Source: Candidatus Latescibacterota bacterium (GTDB taxonomy: Bacteria > Latescibacterota > UBA2968 > UBA8231). Taken from it: 64,000 nt of DNA. Where the stretch lies: positions 1,664,001-1,728,000 of the forward strand of contig CBDCXV010000011.1 in the NCBI GenBank assembly GCA_965223905.1. Direction: 5' to 3'. The position numbers and the translations under genes were made by a program. Under the pieces are notes generated by a model, which saw nothing but the letters and a program-made list of their open reading frames with translations, did not search any database and was not told the origin of the DNA. Of the stretch, positions 59,399-64,000 are shown piece after piece; position 1 is the stretch's first letter; each line of letters opens with the position of its first letter.

Positions 59399-62060
59399 AT
59401 GACCGGCGCAGTCTACTTCCTCTTCTTCTTCTCCGGCGCCGCCGGGTTGATCTACCAGGTCGTCTGGGTCCGCCAGTTCGGTAACGTCTTCGGCAATACG
59501 GTCTACTCCGCATCCCTCGTCATCGCCGTGTTCATGTGCGGGCTCGGAGTCGGCAGCTACCTGGCCGGTATCTGGGCCGACCGGCGCTACGCCTCGGCTC
59601 CCTCCTCACTTCTCAAGGCCTTCGGATACTCCGAACTGGCCATCGGCGGAATGGGTTGCCTGATCGCGCTGATCCTGCCCCGGCTTGGATGGCTCTCGGC
59701 GGCCATCTCCTCCTACGTCCCGGGCTCCAACGGCTGGTACTTCCTCTCCACCGGCTCCCATCTGGGGCGCTACGGCATCGCCGTCCTCCTGCTCTTGCCG
59801 ATCACCCTCCTGATGGGAGCGACACTCTCCCTTCTGATTCGGTACCTGGTTCAGCGCGACGTGGCCGCAGCTGGATGGAAGATCGGCGCGCTCTACGGGA
59901 TCAACACCGCCGGCGCCGCCGCGGGCGCCTTTCTCACCGACTTCGCCTTCATTCCCGCGGCGGGCTTGCTCGGCACCCAGATCATCGCCGTGATCTGCAA
60001 CGCCATAGCCGCTACGGGCGCACTCTGCCTGGCGGCTACCCGCTCCTCGCCGCACGCCGAAAGGGCCATCGCCGGCGACACGGCCCTCGACGCTGGGAAG
60101 GTGAAAACCGGGATGACGGAGGCGAAGGGCAGCCAAGCCATCGTCGTCCTGAGCGGGCTCGCCCTTCTGCTGGCAGGTTTCGCCGCCATGGGCATGGAGA
60201 TCGTCTGGTTCCGCCACATCGCACATACCGTCGGCAGCTTCCGGTCGGTGTACTCGCTGCTTCTCACGGTCATTCTGATCGGAATCTGGCTGGGCGCCAT
60301 GGCCGGCGGATTCTTCCACCGTCGCTTCGGCCATCCGCTCCCCTCGTTCATGGCGACGCAGGCACTTTTTGCGGCTTTTGCGTTGCTGGGCGTGGCGAAT
60401 GCCGACGTCGATCAGCTCGTGGCGGCGGGGAGCGCGGGCGCCGCCAGCTTCCTCGCCTCCTCGGGATTGAAGCGATCGGCCATCGAGGTCTGGATCAACC
60501 TGCAGCCGGTGCTCCGCGAGGTGGCCATCCCGGCATTCTTCATGGGCTTTGCCTTTCCGCTGGCCAACGCGACGGTCCAGCGCGCCGAGGAGGTCGTAGG
60601 CCGACGTGCCGGTCCTGCTCTATCTGGCAAACACCGTCGGCGCGGTCCTGGGATCTCTGGTAACGGGGTTTGTCTTCCTGCCCGCGTTCGGCATGCAGCA
60701 GAGCGTGACGGCGCTGGCCGGCGTTGCTGCACTCGGGATCGTTCCGCTCTACCTGGCGGCCAGGCCGGTGACCCCGTGGAGTCCCGGGAAGCCCCCGGCA
60801 ACGGCGGCGTTCGTCGCCTCGATGGCCCTGTCGGGCACGGTTCTGACGCTGTGGATGGGCCTCCCATCGAATCACGTGATCGCCAAGAGCCTCAAACCCA
60901 TGTCTCCGGGCGAGAAACGGCTGGTGGTCAGCGAGGGCATCACCGAGATGCTCGCCGTCACCGAGCACCCGAGGGAAGGCCGGCGCCTGCTGACCAATGG
61001 GTTCTTCATGTCCGCCACCAACTGGAAGGGACAGCGCTACATGCGGGCCTTCGCGCACATCCCGCTCCTCTCCATGGAGGCCCCGGAAACCGTGCTCGTG
61101 ATCGCCTTCGGCGTGGGCAACACGGCACACGCCGCCGCTCAGCACGAATCAGTCCGCCGCCTGGAGGTTGCCGAACTGTCCGCACACATCCTCGACCATG
61201 CCGGCTATTTCTCCGCGACCAACGGCAACGTGCTCGAGAGCCCCAACATCTCCGTCTTCGTCAACGACGGCCGCCAGCATCTCCGGATGCAGCCGGCAGC
61301 GACCTACGATCTGGTGACCCTGGAGCCCCCTCCCATCGCCCACGCCGGCATGGCCTCGCTGTATTCGCGCGAGTTCTTCGAGCTGGTCCGCTCCCGTCTC
61401 AAACCGGGAGGCTATCTCACCATATGGCTGCCCGCCTACCAGGTCCCCGGGGAAACGGCGCTTTCGATGGTGCGTACGTTTGTCGACGTATTCCCGAGCG
61501 CCGTGCTCCTGTCGGGGGTATACTCCGAGCTCATCCTGATGGGGGTCAGGGATTCGAAGCTGGAAATCGACCCGGCGCTCGTGAAGCCCAGGCTCGAGTC
61601 GATGCCCGCGGTCCGCGAGGATTTGGAGGGAATCCACCTGGGCACATTGACCGAGATCATCGGCAGCTTTGCCGCCTCGGGCGAGACACTCGCTCGAGCG
61701 AGCAAGCTGTCACCACCCGTGACGGATGACCGTCCGATTCCCGATTACGCCAGGAAGTCCCAGCTGCGGGATCATCGAATCCCATCCCAACTCTTCGACG
61801 TCAGGGACGTCGGCACCTGGTGCCCCAATTGTTTCATGGATGGCCAGCCGCTCCCGGAGCTCGAGCAGATCGGTACTTACCTGAGCCTCCTCGAGCGCCT
61901 CTACCAAGCCCCCCGATTCCTCAACTCCAGCACGATCAAGCGCGCCCATCAGCGGAGAGCCCGCATCGGGATTCGGCCCGATGCGGCGACTCGGAGAGCC
62001 ATCGCAGAGCACCGATACCTCGGCTACGTGATGGAGGGCTATTTCCACGAATTGAGGTGA
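59399..62060 (+). pseudogene. Fused membrane domain/spermidine synthase-like protein, single frameshift at ~60612
   Basis: FFSGAAGLIYQVVWVR, LYGINTAGA and EIVWFR in one frame; LYLANTVGAVLGS, VLVIAFGVGNT, AEL, NDGRQHL and YDLVTLEPPP in the +1 frame. Confidence 0.85.
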
Positions 62061-62106
62061 AGTGGCGGGTGTGTCCTGACCCCGTTCGGGAAACTGTGCT
62101 TGTCTC

Positions 62107-64000
62107 TCAGCGAAAAACCGCTTCCCTCGGCACCAGGAGTTCGTCCGGTCGCTCAGCCACATAGGGAGGAATGCCCAGCAGTTTTACGGTTGAGCGGACG
62201 CTGTTGAGGCAAAAAGCCCATATCCGGTTGTCGGCTCCCGCAGGCACGATCACGGAGATGTCGTGGCCAAAGGTCAACGGCGTGTGTCCCCTGCCGGCGG
62301 TGTCCCGGCCGGCCAGGTCCCTGCCGGACACGAGCCCGGCATTGTCGGAGACAATCTGTCCGTCAGGGCCGTAGATGCGGATGTCGCTTTCAAAGCTGCC
62401 GGCACTGTGAACCCGCAGTACGAACGATTCGGTACCCCGGGGCACGAAGAAGTAGAGCGGCTCGCTTATCCTCGGGCGCAGTAGCGTGAACTCGCTCGAG
62501 CGGGAGGCCTCGGCCACTGCGGGCCGGCTGCCGAACTCGAGCCGCCCGCCCTTCAAGTAGCTGGTTCCCGGGTCGAGCATGTAGAGGCCCGGACGCGGAA
62601 TCCGCAGCTGGATCCGGGCGCTCTCGTTCCGCTGCTTGTTGATGGAGTCTTCCAGCACGACCGCGCCCGTCACGACATCCTTGAGCGTCCAACCTACGTC
62701 CAGGGTGTGGCCGGGGTAGGGATCGAAGGGCAGAACCACGGACTCACCCGCCTCGGCGGGGAAGAAATACGTGGCCCTCTCGCAGAAGAGGGGTGACTCC
62801 TCGCGGTTTCGCAGCAGTGCCAGCAGGGCGTCAGAGGGGCCGACGTCGACGCGAACGAGGTCCCGCGACCACTCGGTCGGCATCACGTCCACCGCGGTCA
62901 GCCCGCCGTATGCCCCGAGGCCCTCGTCGAAGAGGCGGGCGACCTCGGCGTGGACAGGGATGTCCGTCCTCTCCGTTTTCCAGGCCTCCACCATCTCATC
63001 GGTCACGGACTCCAATTCGGTCAGCTTCCGGAACCCGTGATCGATGCCGGCCATGTCGAACCAGTCCCAAGAATGGAGCACCGCATAGGTGTGGATGAGA
63101 CCCGTATCCATGATCCGGCGCGAAAACTGGACAAGCTCGTGACCCCTTGTGAGGATCACCGCCGGATCCCGCTCTCTCTCGAACTCCCATCGCAGGCGGA
63201 GCCAATGCAGGTACATCATGAGATGGTCCAGGCGTGTCTCGATGTCCGGGGTTGCCGCTACCTTGCGAGCCGAGTCCAGGTCCCGGTACGAAAGCACCAG
63301 CGTCCTCTCGTTCACCTCGTTCAATTCCGGTCGGTCATTGCGCCGGTTCCAGCGTTCGTAGAATCGACGAACCGGCCCCGCGGCTTCCCCGAGGGCCTTG
63401 TCGTAGAAGTCGTCGATGATGGCGTCGGCGTCCGCCTCCGCGTCCCAGAACAACTGGGCCGCGAGGTAGTATCCCAAACCGTTGGCGCCCCAGTTGATGT
63501 TCGACTCCGGGACGTATGTGGTAGCGCCGAGGCTGTGGTAGTAGGGAATCATCGTGCGCAGGTAGTCCAGGTCGCCTGCCCTGGCCTTCCCCGGCAGGCC
63601 CCAGTCCCACTGGTAGATGGAGAAGTAGTCGTAGATGCCGAAGTTACCGGCCTTGTCGGAGAAGCCGGCTATCTGCTCCTCGAACGTCATTTCCGTCCTG
63701 CGCATACCTGTCGTGAGTTGCACGTACACGTTCGGGTGCAGTTTGAAGGACGGCGGCTCCGCGTGATGGGCGTAGGCCAACAGTCCAACGTACTTGTCGG
63801 GAAACCTCCGGGTCACGGCCTCCGCAACCTGATTGGCGAACAGGAAGACGCGGTCGCTGATCGTTCCCACGGCCACGCATCGTTCGCCTTCGCAGAACCC
63901 GCCGCCGTCGTTCGGCTCCATCGACACCATGATAGCTTCCGGGTTGTCGATATCCCGTTCGAACGCGTTCAAAGCGTAGTCTATTGCCAGTTGGATGACT
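62107..64000 (-). CDS. DUF4838-like (glycoside-hydrolase-like) protein, 5' partial
   Basis: SMEPNDGGGFC...C, SDRVFLFANQVA, LLAYAHHAEPP, GIYDY, YYLAAQLFWD and DDFYDKALG. Frame runs off the window end. Confidence 0.8.
   Translation of the reverse strand, partial: VIQLAIDYALNAFERDIDNPEAIMVSMEPNDGGGFCEGERCVAVGTISDRVFLFANQVAEAVTRRFPDKYVGLLAYAHHAEPPSFKLHPNVYVQLTTGMRRTEMTFEEQIAGFSDKAGNFGIYDYFSIYQWDWGLPGKARAGDLDYLRTMIPYYHSLGATTYVPESNINWGANGLGYYLAAQLFWDAEADADAIIDDFYDKALGEAAGPVRRFYERWNRRNDRPELNEVNERTLVLSYRDLDSARKVAATPDIETRLDHLMMYLHWLRLRWEFERERDPAVILTRGHELVQFSRRIMDTGLIHTYAVLHSWDWFDMAGIDHGFRKLTELESVTDEMVEAWKTERTDIPVHAEVARLFDEGLGAYGGLTAVDVMPTEWSRDLVRVDVGPSDALLALLRNREESPLFCERATYFFPAEAGESVVLPFDPYPGHTLDVGWTLKDVVTGAVVLEDSINKQRNESARIQLRIPRPGLYMLDPGTSYLKGGRLEFGSRPAVAEASRSSEFTLLRPRISEPLYFFVPRGTESFVLRVHSAGSFESDIRIYGPDGQIVSDNAGLVSGRDLAGRDTAGRGHTPLTFGHDISVIVPAGADNRIWAFCLNSVRSTVKLLGIPPYVAERPDELLVPREAVFR

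Noticed and set aside
60615-61729. C-terminal part of ORF 59234..61729
   Set aside because: Out-of-frame read-through after the frameshift. The true product continues in the 60606..62060 frame.

Overview
This is a GC-rich bacterial window of about 40 genes. The gene content suggests a Latescibacterota/Gemmatimonadota-like FCB-group organism, possibly host-associated; that is inference, not marker-gene evidence. I found no rRNA, tRNA or CRISPR array. Four themes dominate. (1) Sugar and sugar-acid catabolism: a heparinase II/III-like protein, two enolase-superfamily enzymes, a Gfo/Idh/MocA oxidoreductase, a DUF4838-like protein and two RCC1-repeat/GH-like proteins. (2) An uncharacterised envelope cassette present twice (20.3-28.4 kb on the minus strand, 37.1-48.7 kb on the plus strand). 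Together the two copies hold three SurA/PrsA-like lipoproteins, three paralogous secreted proteins with TPNGDG/FlgD-Ig tails ending in AY, a large acidic-loop protein, a secreted protein with a C-terminal SW[AG]xIKA motif (two more lie just upstream) and tandem DUF6785-like membrane proteins. (3) A dispersed set of four FG-GAP/ASPIC-UnbV proteins, TPR proteins, two copper type II monooxygenase-like lipoproteins plus SCO, two HTTM/gamma-carboxylase-like proteins (one on an AT-rich islet), a frameshifted membrane-fused spermidine synthase and a decayed ArnT/PMT-TPR gene. (4) A rearranged zone at 32-37 kb, where a complete IS66 truncates a gene, next to a ~1 kb duplication, a frameshifted TolB-like gene and an IS3 remnant. 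All family assignments come from motif recognition by eye; no searches were run. The frameshifts could be assembly errors.
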